From positions 68,547,196-68,611,195 of the forward strand of contig NC_068984.1 in assembly GCF_001194135.2 (NCBI RefSeq): a stretch of 64,000 nucleotides of DNA. The letters run 5' to 3'. Shown in pieces: positions 1 to 12,089 of this stretch. Position 1 is the stretch's first letter, and each line of letters begins with the position of its first letter. The DNA comes from Octopus bimaculoides (Eukaryota). The notes under the pieces were generated by a model. It was not told the DNA's origin. It did no database searches and saw only the letters and a program-made list of their open reading frames with translations. Position numbers and translations under genes: made by a program.

Positions 1-290
1 TCTTCGATTAGTTTTTCATATCTCTTCTCCTTTCGTTTCTCTGCATTGTCGATGTTTTCTTCCCATGGTACTGTCAGTTCTAGCAAGATTCCTATTCTCT
101 GTTCTGTGTCCCATATGACTAACTCTGGTCTTTTTGTTGTTTTTATAAGTGGAAAAATTGCTAGACTTCCCAAATCCGTGGCCAGCTCCCAGTATCCCTT
201 CCCTCTTTCGTCTATCTCATATATTTTATTGCCAGCAAACCATTTTCAGCCAAACCAATTTCAACGGATTTCGCTTAAATCTGATGTCGA
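1..290 (-). mobile_element. HERO-like (R2-superfamily) non-LTR retrotransposon fragment, restriction-like endonuclease region; runs off the window start
   Basis: Manual minus-strand translation (not in the ORF track): DERGKGYWELATDLGSLAIFPLIKTTKRPELVIWDTEQRIGILLELTVPWEENIDNAEKRKEKRYEKLIE. This matches the HERO-type RLE pattern W.L.VDL...FP..I..T.LRPD.V.W....I.LELTVPWEE....A.ERK..KY. Confidence 0.8.
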
Positions 291-350
291 TGTTACTTAT
301 TTTGGTTTGAAATAAAGCACTTGATCACTTAATAATCCTAGCTTAATCCT

Positions 351-376
351 GAGCAGCGCTGGGTTATACTGCTAGT
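351..376 (+). mobile_element. Possible Helitron 3' terminus
   Basis: GAGCAGCGCTGGGTTATACTGCTAG|T: short GC palindrome (CAGCGCTG) about 10 nt upstream of CTAG followed by T, as in Helitron 3' ends. No 5' end or coding sequence identified. Confidence 0.35.
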
Positions 377-530
377 GTATATATATTTTGGACTAATGGG
401 TATATGTTGATTAGTGTGTTGAAGTGTTGAGTAGAGCACTAGCACAGTTTTGGCTACCTAGTGTCATCTGCAGTCAAGGTGTGTTTTTGTTAGATCTCCT
501 TACACATATATATATATATATATATATATA

Positions 531-601
531 NNNNNNNNNNNNNNNNNNNNNNNNNNNNNNNNNNNNNNNNNNNNNNNNNNNNNNNNNNNNNNNNNNNNNN
601 N
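531..601. other. Assembly gap. Other N-runs: 3956-4038, 20820-20919, 21509-22275, 38063-38936, 47756-48231, 50046-50695, 55197-55276, 57481-58405, 60190-60199, 61164-61998
   Basis: Runs of N seen directly; most abut (TA)n or (CA)n microsatellites. Confidence 0.98.
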
Positions 602-1889
602 CACACACACACGCACATACACACGCACACACACACACACATACACACATATGCACATAAATATATATATATTAAATTGTTTAATGGAAAGTATGAGGAA
701 ATATGGCGTTTGCCTAAAAGAGAAACAAGATAGTGTAATATTCAAAGGAAATATTTGAAAGAAAGTAAAAACAGTTTGTTATTTTAAATAAAATGATTTT
801 TTCAAATTATATTGTTATATTTTTGTTGAGTCATACTCATAAAGCCTATAAACACACTAACCCATTGCTGTTCATTGATATTTCTTGTTTATCCCACCAA
901 AAATAAACTGTGATAAAAAAATATTTTAGCTGAAAAGAAATATAGACAAACAACAACCATTTTGGAAAAAAGAAATAAATAAAGAGAAGTCACAACTTAT
1001 GCGTTTGTTTATAGATATGCCTCTTTTGAAATGTAATAATATTGGTTTCAATATATAAGTTCACAAGAAATTTCTTACAAAACAAATTCAAGATTGAAAG
1101 ATTTTTTGAACTGCTCTAGGTTTTCACTTTATACCTTAATAAGTTAGAATATCATGAATAAGAGTTTATTGAAATATAGGCAGTTTTATAACAATAATTT
1201 GAAAAGGAAAAAAAATATTGGGATAAAAACATTCTCTTTTTATATTATATTTCTTTTTACATAAGCCAAAGTAAAGTATTTGTGCACAATCCGTGAACAA
1301 AGCTTTATTTTCTAAATGATAATTTAAAAAATAGAATCTGGATAAAACAGACAAAGATGTGTTTTGCTTTGGCAAAATGTCACACAAATAGCTGAAACAG
1401 TGGAATAATACTTTATGTTGTAAGATAGAAGAAAAGTTTAATATTATATTTTGTGTCTTCCTCACAGCACAAAATTTATTCTGCTATTTGAAATTTTATC
1501 TTGTATATTACTTTTGGATTATCTCGCAAAGTTCTCTCATTATGATAGATTAGCTACTACTTAGAAGTGAGTAAGTAGGATAGACAAGTAAGTACAAGAA
1601 TATAAGGCCGAATTTCACTAAGAAAAATTCAGGATTGTTTTATATTGCCATTTGTACAAGAGAAAACTGGAATTTAGTGGGAACCTAGCACTCTCATAGT
1701 TCCTATGATCTTTGCAAAAATCTATGCTAGAATTTGAGACAAAAAACTAAAATGATTACTGCTTCAGCTAATTGGTACTCTAGCCATCATTACAAGGTTT
1801 CTTTACAATGGAAAAACCAACATAAAAACGATGTAAATGTGCTTGGTTGTAACTTGAAGACCAAATAGTATTTCCTCAATGATTCAGCA

Positions 1890-2343
1890 ATGAAACACTT
1901 CATCCTCTCTGTACCACTTATATCCACCACGCCTGTACTCAGTGAGCAGGTCCCAAAGCATCTCCAGCATCATCTATTTATCTCCCACTCTATCTTGTTT
2001 TTTTCTGTCTAACTCTATCTCCCCTTCCTCTCTTTTCTTTTCTTACTGGGGTAGCCAAGTATCTCCTCTATAGTAAGAAACCTATCCTTCTATTATACTT
2101 TAACCTCTCAACTGACACAAAACCATGTCTCTCAGTATCACTTACTCTCTCAGCCAAAAGGTCTTTGTCTCACAGATTACTAGGTCACCCTGTAGGTACT
2201 GGTGTCACATAAAAAGCACCCAGTACACACTGTAAAGTGGTTGGTGTTAAGAAGGATATCCAGCTATATAAACCATACCAAAGCACTCAGTGGAGCATGG
2301 TGCAGCTCTCAGGTTTGCCAACTTCTATCAAACTATATGGAAA

Positions 2344-2378
<35 letters not shown>
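1890..2378 (+). mobile_element. Retroposon copy ending in the RTE-type 3' tail with (GAT)n (tail family D)
   Basis: Contains AAAAAGCACCCAGTACAC..GTGGTTGGTGTTAAGAAGGATATCCAGC and ends in (GAT)n; same tail as 6740-6975, 26085-26285 and the 3' end of the RTE at 29825. Confidence 0.7.
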
Positions 2379-2499
2379 AGTGCAACTAGCTATAATTTGT
2401 GAACAAGTATGGATTGGTAATATGCACATGCATTTAATGATTATTTTAGATGCTTTTGTAATACCAAGAACCCTCTAGCTTTTTAACCCTTGGCCCAGC

Positions 2500-2690
2500 C
2501 CAACATTAAAGATGTGTCAGGGAAAGAGAACCACACTAACCACTTCTGGATATTCTTTCCCAGCTGTGTAAACTGGAGCAAAGTGAAATAAAGTGCTTTT
2601 CTCTAGAGCACAACATGCTACTTGGGCAAAGAATTAAGTCCACACTCTTTTGATCATGAGCCAAAAGCCCTAACCATCTGTCCACTAACC
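2500..2690 (-). mobile_element. Decayed tRNA-head SINE (family C)
   Basis: AACTGGAGCAAAGTGAAATAAAGTGCTTTTCTCTAGAGCACAAC...CCCTAACCATCT matches the better copies at 9931-10176 and 32315-32540. Confidence 0.55.
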
Positions 2691-2864
2691 CAGATAAGCA
2701 TCATAAAATGATGGGAATGGGTTACAGTACTATTGTGGTAAACTGTTATTAGTTCTTTTGCAGTTCAAGTACTGATGAAGCCTGATATCTGATATCAACA
2801 CAAAGTACATATTGTAAGTTGGTTCTCTCTTATAACAAAACAATTATAACATTTTGTAGATACT

Positions 2865-2872
<8 letters not shown>

Positions 2873-2957
<85 letters not shown>

Positions 2958-2972
2958 GTGTGTGTGTGTGTG
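2873..2972. repeat. (TG)n microsatellite; similar long tracts at 32606-32677 and 36945-36982
   Basis: Seen directly. Confidence 0.97.
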
Positions 2973-4775
2973 TATGTATGTTTTGTACAATATTTAACCA
3001 GGAATTATTTGTTGAAAGCAATATTGTTGGATTTGGTAACACCATTTCTATTTGTTATTCACCAATTACTAAAGACTCACACATATACACACATGCATGC
3101 ATGCATAAACACACACATTAGTTATGAATTTATTATTTCAGTTTGGAATAACTTTTCAGTGCATCTGCTCATTAATTGACAAAATATCAAATTTGTTGAA
3201 TTCTACTTAAATATGTACATGTGGAAACATGTTACAGAGATGTCGGTGGCATCTAATATTAGCAAATTCTTAAAGTTTCTTCGTTTTCATGACACTTGAG
3301 ATCAAACAAAAAAAAAAAAAAAAATTACCAATGTGCTTTGCATAAAAATTAAGGAAAGAATCAACATTTTAAAGTAAAAATAACCTGCAAAAATGTTTAA
3401 AAAATTTGGTTAGCTGGTTTTATTAATCATACTTGTGTATAACAAAATTATGAATTATATATTTTTTTACAATGTTCAATTATTAGTATGTCTTTTCTTA
3501 AGCCTTAAATTATATTTTAAAAAAACTATTTTTGCACCTAGATATTCTGTGCAACAACACATCACTTTGTAACTACTAACTTGAAGCCAAAAGTTAGTTT
3601 GTTTTGTTGTTTATTGTTGATCTGAGCATTTTAGGGGATTTTTTGTTTTTAATCTATAACCTAACCTGGTTGCATCTAAAATAATATTTTTTCCTTGATC
3701 GGAAACTTACAGACTTAACAAGTCACATTCATCTGTACCTCTTATTTTTTACTTCAGTGAAAAATATTTCCCCCAAAGTAAAAACTGAAAACAGAAGCAA
3801 AAACAAAAAAAAATAAAAGAATTAAATAAATAAATAAATGGGAGAAACAACAACAAAACATTTCTGGGGAAAATAATTGAGTTCTCTGTGAGAAATTTAG
3901 TTTCCATGAAAGAGAAGTGCATTTGCCAAATATATAAACTAATAAAGAAATAGACNNNNNNNNNNNNNNNNNNNNNNNNNNNNNNNNNNNNNNNNNNNNN
4001 NNNNNNNNNNNNNNNNNNNNNNNNNNNNNNNNNNNNNNTATATATATATATATATATGTATATATTGATAGATAGATATACTTATAGATAGATATAGATA
4101 TATATATATAGATAGATAGATAGATATACATACACACACATGTATATGCTATGCATACATATATATATACATATATATATATATATCTGTTTATATCGTT
4201 GAAGACTAGATCTTGTATGTGTCTTTTACTATCAAAATTTTTGCATTGCTAAATTATCCGAAGAGTAATAAGATGTAGAAAAAAAGGAACAAAAACAAAA
4301 AGCAGCAACAAAACAACTCAGTGATTTGTCCATTGATTTTTTTTTTCCCAAAGTCATCAGAGAAAGAAGGTGAGTTTTATTCAGATGAGGTTTTTCACGC
4401 TTGACTTTTAATATTCTTGATTCCTTTGCCCTCAAGGGGAGGGCTTAGTTTATGAATATTCTATAAAATCACCAGATCATTATTTTCTATTTGCAATTTA
4501 CTAAACACGTGTGCTACTAATTAGTCGTTTGGTTTTTAATTAACTTTTATTTCAATTCATTATTAGTATTGAAATCATTCACTACCATTATTGTATCTGT
4601 TCATAAATTATAATTTTATTTTCATAAACTTTACTGCTTGCTGTGATGATATAAAGTCATGGAAGGAGCTTCTAAGCAAGCATTGGACTTGCTAGAAATA
4701 GCAGTCACAATGCATCAAATTAGGCATAAGTATCTTAAGAGAAGACGCTATGGATAATGTAGTCCTAGCTACATT

Positions 4776-5200
4776 CATCATCATCATCATCCTGTGTTTT
4801 AAATCTGGGTTTTGTCCCCGTTAACAGGGGTGACCAGATCTACCTCAACATCATAGCAACCGAAGTAGGCAGGTGCAGCCCACCCCAGCCTTTAGGCTGG
4901 CTGGTGCCCATTCTCCTTTTCTATTATGAGGCTTTCTTGGAGCTGGATTTTCTAAGGGGAGAATGCCCTTGCTTACCCCCAAACTCAGTTTCTAGGCATG
5001 AGTGGTCCCGAGACCAAGGCCTCTACAACGGTTTTTAAGAAATGTGGTGGAAAATTTGCTCAGGAAGGTAGGGATGCTACTCCCTGAAACCCCTTTCGGA
5101 GCCCCCTCCCCTACATTACAGCTGAAAAATAAGGTGGGATAGTTAAGAATAGATTGTCTTTCATAGGCCCATTGAACCAGTGCCGACATTAGGGATAAAA
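4776..5200 (-). mobile_element. Short RTE-derived element: RTE 3' end with (GAT)n joined to a non-coding GC-rich segment
   Basis: The reverse complement of 4797-4860 (TTTTAAATCTGGGTTTTGTCCCCGTTAACAGGGGTGACCAGATCTAC) matches the 3' end of the RTE at about 15783-15845. The (CAT)n run at 4776 is its tail. Confidence 0.65.
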
Positions 5201-5619
5201 AATACAATGGTAGTAATAACTAGGCTAAGACATGGATTTGTGAACAAGAGGTTACAGAAGTGCTATGGAAGGTTCTTATATTAGCAAGCTGAATACGATT
5301 TGCATTCTTCACCACCACCACTTCTTCTACTTCATCTTCTTCCCCACACCCCACCATTTTATCTTTGACAGGTTTACTTTTAGATCTTTTGATCTACTGC
5401 TCTGGCTTCATCTTTGGAACACTCCCTAGAATTCTCAGGTTAAAAGCCTTGTGCATGAATTTGATAAATGAAGAAAGAAGCATGTCATATGAGAACATAT
5501 ATATATATGTATATATATATAGATATTTATGTATGTAAATACTAACATATGCATACACATGTATGCATATGCACAAGTGTATGTTGTGTATGTATATGTG
5601 CTAGTGTCACCTTGTCTGG

Positions 5620-5905
5620 ACATCATCATCATGATTTAACGTCTGTTTTCCATGCTGGCATGGGTTAGACAGTTTGACCAGAACTGGCAAGCAGGAGAGC
5701 TGCACCAGGCTCCAATATGATTTGGCATGTTCTCTATGACTGGATGCTCTTCCTAATGCCAACCACTACATGGAGTGTGCTGGGTGCCCTTTTATGAGGC
5801 ATTGGCAAGGGTGCTTTTATGTGGAGCTGGCAAGACTGCTATCATGGGTGGCATGGGTGCTTTTCGGTATGGCACCAGTATAGGTGCTTTTTGAGTGGCA
5901 CCTGT
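5620..5905 (-). mobile_element. RTE-type 3' tail copy (family D) with internal tandem units
   Basis: (CAT)n-GATTTAACGTCTGTTTTCCATGCTGGCATGGGTTAGACAGTTTGAC..., followed by four GGTGCTTTT..GGCAC-type units. Confidence 0.8.
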
Positions 5906-6115
5906 ACAGAGCTCTAGCAGGTCAATCCTCCTTAGCAGAGGGAGTGGCATTAACCTTTCTGCTATGGAAGATGAGTCATCTCAAGTACAGCAAGGTGCCA
6001 AGATGCTGCATGCTAATTGTAAACAAATACCACCTTCATACAAGCAGTGTTATTTAGTTGCAGATTTCCTGGAAACCATTCCCAAGCCTATTTCCTCTAG
6101 TTCTTCATACTTGAG

Positions 6116-6335
6116 TGGAGGCATGTGACTTAGTGGTTAGGGTGTTGGACTCATGATGATCATAAACCTCGGTGATGTGCTGTGTTCTTGAGCAAAACAC
6201 TTCATTTCACATTGCTCCACTAAGCAGACAAAAGTGAGTAATCCTGTGATGGACTGGTGTCCCCTTCCAGGTGGAGGATATATACGCCAGAGAAACTGGG
6301 AAACCAGCCCTATGCTCCTTATGAAGTAACGTAGA
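6116..6335 (+). mobile_element. tRNA-head SINE (family C)
   Basis: TGGAGGCATGTGACTTAGTGGTTAGGGTGTTGGACTC (A-box-like head), then GTGTTCTTGAGCAAAACACTTCATTTCAC core. Confidence 0.8.
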
Positions 6336-6339
6336 ATAA

Positions 6340-6600
6340 CCAACCTTCATACTTGAAGGACTTGGAAAATTATTACCTTGGTTGAAGACAGGTGGGGGAT
6401 GTCGACAGGAGAGAACACCCAACTATGGAAAATCTGCCTTAATAAATCATGACTGGCCCACACAAGCATGAGAAAAAGTGGATGTTAAAGATGATGATGA
6501 TGATGGTGTTAATGATGATGACGATGACACCAATGATGATATTGATGATAATGATAATGTTGATGATAATGATGATATTGATGATAAGGATGTTTTTGGT
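6340..6600 (+). repeat. Variant RTE-like tail followed by degenerate (GAT)n-rich repeat
   Basis: GACAGGAGAGAACACCCAACTATGGAAAATCTGCC...AAGTGGATGTTAAA(GAT)n. This explains the Asp/Met-rich ORFs at 6447-6739. Confidence 0.6.
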
Positions 6601-6739
6601 GATGTCAACTTGTCAACAGGTATGCAAGATTTCCCATGGACAGCCATTCTTCAACTCTTCTGTTATGACCTGGAGAATTTATAACATGCTGGATTGGGTA
6701 GAGAAAAAGAACCCTCATAGACATCTATCTGCATGCTGA

Positions 6740-6975
6740 ACACACTCGGACAGGTGCCAGTCATAGAGTATGGAATCAAAATCGTAATTGAACCATACAC
6801 TAACAGCACCCACTACACTCTTGGAATGGTTGGCATTAGGAAGGGCATGCAGCTGTAGAAACTCTGCCGGATCAGATTGGAGCCTGGTGCAGCCTTCTGG
6901 CTTGCCAGTCCTCAGTCAAATCGTCTAACCCATGCTAGCATGGAAAGCAGACATTAAACGATGATGATGATGATG
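6740..6975 (+). mobile_element. RTE-type 3' tail copy (family D)
   Basis: GCACCCACTACACTCTTGGAATGGTTGGCATTAGGAAGGGCATGCAGCTGTAGAAACTCTGCC...CATTAAACGATGATGATG. Confidence 0.85.
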
Positions 6976-7729
6976 TTATAAATAACATTCACTTTGCAAT
7001 TAATGTGTAAGCCATGGTTGTGGCTTGCACGTTACACTTAATAAAATAACAAAACATTTTATTGAAACACACCAATCCTTACAACTCACTGAGAGAACCT
7101 TTATGCAGTTACTCAGTCTGCTAGAAACAGTAGTAAAATCTCTTGAAAGAAAGGACATGTTGGATAATGTCATCTTTGGTGTACTATGCTTCAGGAAATG
7201 ACATGAGGGGGCATGGCTAGAACACTTTGATCATAGTTCTCTTTGATTAAGGCTCATCTGGAATTAAGTAGCAGTAGTATTATCATCATCATCAACAACA
7301 GCTTCAACAAATGCAACTATAATCTCTCTATTTGAATGCATTATGTTCAGATTGAATCACTTAGCAAAAATGTAAAGAAATGAAATATCTATAGATATAA
7401 CTTCACCGAAGGAAGTATCTGAGCTTGTCTTTCATTTCTCTCATTGAGAAAACATGAAAACAAAAATATAGTTTCCTTTATTACTTGTTATATAATCCAT
7501 TACTTACCATACATCCATTACCTATTATTCATTACGCATCCATTACTTTAAACATATTAATATTAATTGAATTTTATATATTCATCATTCATTTTATATG
7601 TTCATCATCAAAGTACATAACTTACTGCTGAAACATACTCAGCACGATTTCCTCTTGTTTCATGCCATTATTTTAACAGGTAACATATTATTACCAATAA
7701 CATATTATTGATATGTTCTTCAGCTAGCA

Positions 7730-7798
7730 CAGGTCAGCTCTGATCAAGCTGACCTATGGTCAAACATATTTCAGCTAAGAGTATCCTATCTTTTCTTT

Positions 7799-7835
<37 letters not shown>

Positions 7836-7925
7836 CAAAGACAATATGGTTTGAATTAAGGGAGATTTGGTTACTATTTCTAACAGGCTGAGCAACCACA
7901 ATGGGCCACCTTTGTTGAGTGAGTT
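7730..7925. repeat. Abundant interspersed repeat (family E, unclassified). Further partial copies near 7080-7290, 13175-13390, 15920-16080, 23960-24110, 49215-49440, 50985-51185, 59120-59380, 59500-59625
   Basis: Recurring blocks CAGGTCAGCTCTGATCAAGCTGACCTATGGTCAAA and GAGGGAGATTTGGCTGCTATTTCTAGCAGG in both orientations. Confidence 0.65.
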
Positions 7926-8129
7926 AATAACTAAATTTCTGCTACACATTTGGAATAGGCATCAATAGTAGTAGTAGTAGTGGTGGTGGTGGTGGCGGCG
8001 GTGGTAGCACAGCTGCACGAACAGTATTAGCAGCAGCAGTACTAATTCATCCACTGGTCAGACTGATTTATGACTGAAGGCATTCCGGACATGGCTATCC
8101 TGTCTTTTTAGGATTATTTTCATTCTCTG

Positions 8130-8400
8130 CAGATCTTGCATGAGACACACAATGGAATATTGCTCTCACATCTGAGATGATGGGACAGTTTCATGCACAA
8201 ACATCTAAAACCAAACTACAATGATTAGAATAACCACTTGAATGATTAGAATAAAGTGATTCACAGACTCTAGCCTTTATCCCACAAGTGAGGGGTCTTC
8301 TCTCTTTCCTTTTCTACCACCACAATAACAAACTCCATACTCAGAATTGGCTGCTCTCTTGCTGCATCCACTCAGACTTTCCTATGCCATTTATCTCTCC
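8130..8400 (+). mobile_element. Heavily decayed CR1/L2-like LINE, C-terminal part of RT ORF
   Basis: Translates as ..TMEYCSHI*DDG....IRI.. and ..LLSFLFYHHNNKL.., resembling the MEYCSHIW / SSLCLFYRYY region; has stops and frameshifts. Confidence 0.45.
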
Positions 8401-8511
8401 TCCTCCTCTCTTTACCTTTGTGTCCAAGATTCAAGGCTCTATGCTAATCACTATAGTCAGTACTTCTTTTGCAGTATGTTGGCTCTTTGGAATTTGTACC
8501 TTCTATGTGTT

Positions 8512-8740
8512 TAATCCTGCAGCATTTAAACTGGTTATATCAAGCCCACATATTTTTTATCTGTGTTATGTTCAAACCAGGCAGATCCAGCCTCTCACAC
8601 CTACTTTATAATGTCATTGTAAAAAGAAACAATCTCATCATCAATATCTCTAAATTATAGGATAGTATACGATTAATTGAAAACAATGAATAAATAAATA
8701 TTACATTTGACAAAGTAATCTGAATGCTAAGAGGCTTTTA
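8512..8740 (-). mobile_element. TTAA-flanked MITE (family F, piggyBac-like ends), decayed
   Basis: Reverse-complement match to 16100-16299; ends TTTAATCCTGCAGCATTT ... GAATGCTAAGAGGCTTTTAA. Confidence 0.7.
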
Positions 8741-8748
8741 AAACAGGC

Positions 8749-9241
8749 ACAGGCATTGCCGTGTGCTTAAGAAGTTTGCTACAGTGAGACTGACCAAGAA
8801 GACAACAATGTTGTATTTAGTTCAATCTCACTGTGCTGCACCTTGGTCCAGTACTTTCAACTATTGTCCCAGGTTTACCAATACATGAGTAGATTTACTA
8901 AAAGGAGACTGAAATCATCATAATCATCATTTAACATCTGTTTTCAATGCTGGCATTGACTGGACAGTTTGACCAGATCTGGCAAGCTGTACCAGGCTCC
9001 AGTCTGATTTAGCTTGGTTTCAACAGCTGGATGCCTTTCCTAACACCAACCACTTTACAGTGTACTGGGTGGTTTTAACATGGCACCAGCATGGGTGGTG
9101 CTTACATGGCACTGGCACAGGTGTTTTTTACGTAGGTTAGCACAGATGTGGCACTGGCAGGGATGCTTTTTATGTGGTGCTGGCACATAAAATAATGATT
9201 TCAAAATTATATCCAGATATATGTCATCATATATCTACATT

Positions 9242-9272
<31 letters not shown>

Positions 9273-9545
9273 GCGTGTGTGTATGTATATGTGTGCATGT
9301 GTGTGAGTGTGTGTGTGTGTGCATGCACATGTGTTTATGTGTTTTTATTGTGTTTTTTTCCACCACGATTGATTGACAACTGGTGTTGGTTTGTTTATTT
9401 CTCATAACTTAGCTGCTTGGCAAAAAACGTCTCGTAGATTAAGTATCAGGCTTAAAAAATAAATCCAGAAGTATTTTTGTTTGATGAAATCTTTCCTGGC
9501 AGTGCTCCAGCAAGGCCACAATCTAATGACTGAAACAAATAAAAG
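8749..9545 (+). mobile_element. tRNA-head SINE (family B) split by an opposite-strand family D insert at about 8922-9190
   Basis: 5' half GGCACAGGCATTGCCGTGTGCTTAAGAAGTTTGCT.. at 8749; 3' half ..GACAACTGGTGTTGGTTTG..GCAGTGCTCCAGC..GACTGAAACAAATAAAAGAG at 9340-9545. Confidence 0.7.
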
Positions 9546-9930
9546 AGAAATGATATACTTTTTTTTCAGAAGTGTCAACTTACAAAAGTTCAATAAAGAC
9601 ATTAATAGCATGAATATCATTATTCTAGGAAGAACTGTAAAAGCCATGACCACTACTCTTTCCTCCAGACCCAGAAAGTGAAAGAAAAAAACCAAAAAAA
9701 CCCCCAAAAAACAAACAACAAAAACAAACGAAAATACTTTAATGTGTCCATCTGCTTCTTTTTGTTTTTTAAGATAGTGGGGGTTTGAATTTCAGTGATT
9801 TGACTGCTGTTTCTGACCACTATTTCTATTCTAGCATTGCTGGGGTAATAGAGGTGGTAGCTGTGGTACCAGTGCCAGTGCCAATGGTGGTGATGGTGCT
9901 AATGCTAAATATATATGATATGTCTATGTA

Positions 9931-10176
9931 AATTTCCTTCCCGGGTCATATAGACTCACAGGGCTGATTTCTCAGCTTCCATGGCTTATAAATTCCCCAC
10001 CTGGATGGGACGCCAGTCTGTCACAGGATTACTCATTTTTTCCAGCTAAGTGGACTGAAGCAACATGAGATGAAGTGTTTTGCTCAAGAACACAATGTGT
10101 TGCCCAGTTCTGGAATCGAAACCACAATCTTACGATCACGAGTTCAACACCCTAACCACTAAGCCAAGTGCCTCCA
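9931..10176 (-). mobile_element. tRNA-head SINE (family C), near full length
   Basis: CCACCTGGATGGGACGCCAGTC..GAAGTGTTTTGCTCAAGAACAC..CACCCTAACCACTAAGCCAAGTGCCTCCA, the reverse complement of 6116-6335. Confidence 0.85.
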
Positions 10177-11589
10177 TTGTCTCTATATAGGTCAATCATC
10201 TTCTGAAAAATAATAGAAAGATATATTTTCTTTCTAAAGAATTTTAGTTGAAATTGAAAAGTTCTTGATCCCCATCTTCCTATAGGTTAAGTTTCCTTCA
10301 CTCACCAGTTTTTGCTTTCAGCTAGATATATATCATCATTGAAATCTGTATCTAAATTGTTGTTAGATTCAACACTTGCAACAGTTATTACAATTACAGT
10401 TCAGAGAATTTCGTGAGAAAAGAACAATGTAATTTTTACTTTATTTTATTTCTACCATGTATTATCTACAACATGTATGAGAGACAAATTTTGAATATGT
10501 AGATATCTGAAGAAATTATAATTGGTATTACTGGAAGAGATAAATAAGTTCATTTCTTCTTTGAAGTGTCTGGATTGATTCAGTGAAGGTAAAATATAGC
10601 CTTGCTTTGCACTGAAATAAAATACATTGTAGTATTTTAGTATATAATATTAAGTTTCAAATTGTTTCTACTATAATTGAAACTGTAAAGGGATTGAGTC
10701 TGTAAATATGATTTTTATATAAATTACGAAAACAAAAAAAGAAATGAATATAAACACATTTGAGAAATGCTTTAGCACCTCTCAACCAGAGAAATTGCAG
10801 GCAATCAATTCTTTTCAATGTTGTGTTTTTATATACAGATTTTATTTCAAAGAAAATGCAAACTATAATAATTTGTTGATCTCATAAAAAAAAAAAAGAA
10901 AAAAAATGCAGTTTACTTTTATGTTTTGATAAATTTTCCATGTTAGCAGATTTAGTGATGATAATTTCGAGAAACTTTCTGAAATACCAATTATTTTGCA
11001 AGTTTGTTAGTTATTTAACAAGCAGCATTGTAAAATATAAAGAATAAAGGAAAATATAAAGAATATGAGGAACATGTGAAAAATGTATATCGCAGAGAAT
11101 GACTTCCAGAGTTATTTATTATATCTTATATTATATTTGGTGAGTAATAGCATTATTGGCTACAGTTTCCAATAGACCTGATGGTAGTGGCAGTGGTTGT
11201 GGGAGTCCTTATCATGTGAATGATTATAAGCAATTAAGTAAGAAGCTGGATTCATGGACAAAATGACTACACAAATAAATATGCATTTCCATACCTTTAT
11301 TATATTTAACTGTTTATATCTTACAATGTATATACATCTATAATGCTGAAAAACATTTCTGCATGTTTGTAGGTAATAATTGAAGATATACAGTATAGAA
11401 AATCTACAAAATGCTCTAGTTACATTAACTATGTTGCAGGAGTCCTACATTATTACAGAAATAAGAGAAAATAGAGCAGATAATTAGATAGATGGATATT
11501 AGCTTTAAAACATAAGGTTAACTTAACCTATGTCAAACATATTTTCTCAGAATAATGTTTAGGTAAGTAGAAAGAGATGGGACCACAAC

Positions 11590-11880
11590 TCTAGATGCAA
11601 AGTGATAAAGATCCATATGGAATTTGAGTTGGAGTGCAATTCACCAGTTTATATAACTCTGAGCAAAACTTTCCAAAATCTTTGAAGAGTAAATTGTCAG
11701 GATGTTTAATTAGCCCTACTTTGATGCTTGCTGCTCTTAGCTGAGATATACCAGTCAGTGTTGATAAATTGGTAAGCATTTACATGAGTGTTCTATTCTT
11801 TCAAGGAGCATGCTATTCCTTTTATGAAGAGGCTGTGATTCAAAGCTAGAAATCCAAGTAGGATGATTCAAATGGAGGTA
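11590..11880 (+). mobile_element. Possible decayed hAT transposase C-terminal (dimerisation) relic
   Basis: ..NFPKSL..LMLAALS*DIPVSV.. then, after a frameshift, EHAIPFMKRL*FKARNPSRM; loosely like FP.L....L.LPVS....ER.FS.MKRIKT..R..M. Several stops. Confidence 0.3.
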
Positions 11881-12089
11881 GAGACCAAACTACAGGTTAA
11901 TTACTGATTTGTGGCTTTTTTTATCACAACAGTAACAAGTGTGAATATGTCAGAAGGATAGGAATGGATGTTTGCTGTAGAGGAAGCACATTGGCCACCC
12001 CAGCTGGAAAAGGAGAGAAGAAAATGGTAATGATAAGGTATCAGCACAAGATTTAAAATATGGACTTTATTTCAGTTTCAAATCTTGAG

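Noticed and set aside
2764-2813. Strong plus-strand acceptor and donor pair (50 nt)
   Set aside because: It has stops in all three frames; it could only be a non-coding exon and nothing else supports it.
6116-6190. tRNA-like heads with A/B boxes in many places
   Set aside because: They continue into SINE cores and tails and do not form complete cloverleaves, so they are not tRNA genes.
6449-6739. Asp-rich and Met-rich ORFs resembling acidic biomineral or reflectin-like proteins
   Set aside because: They derive from the expanded (GAT)n tail of a retroposon; there are no reflectin motifs or splice context.
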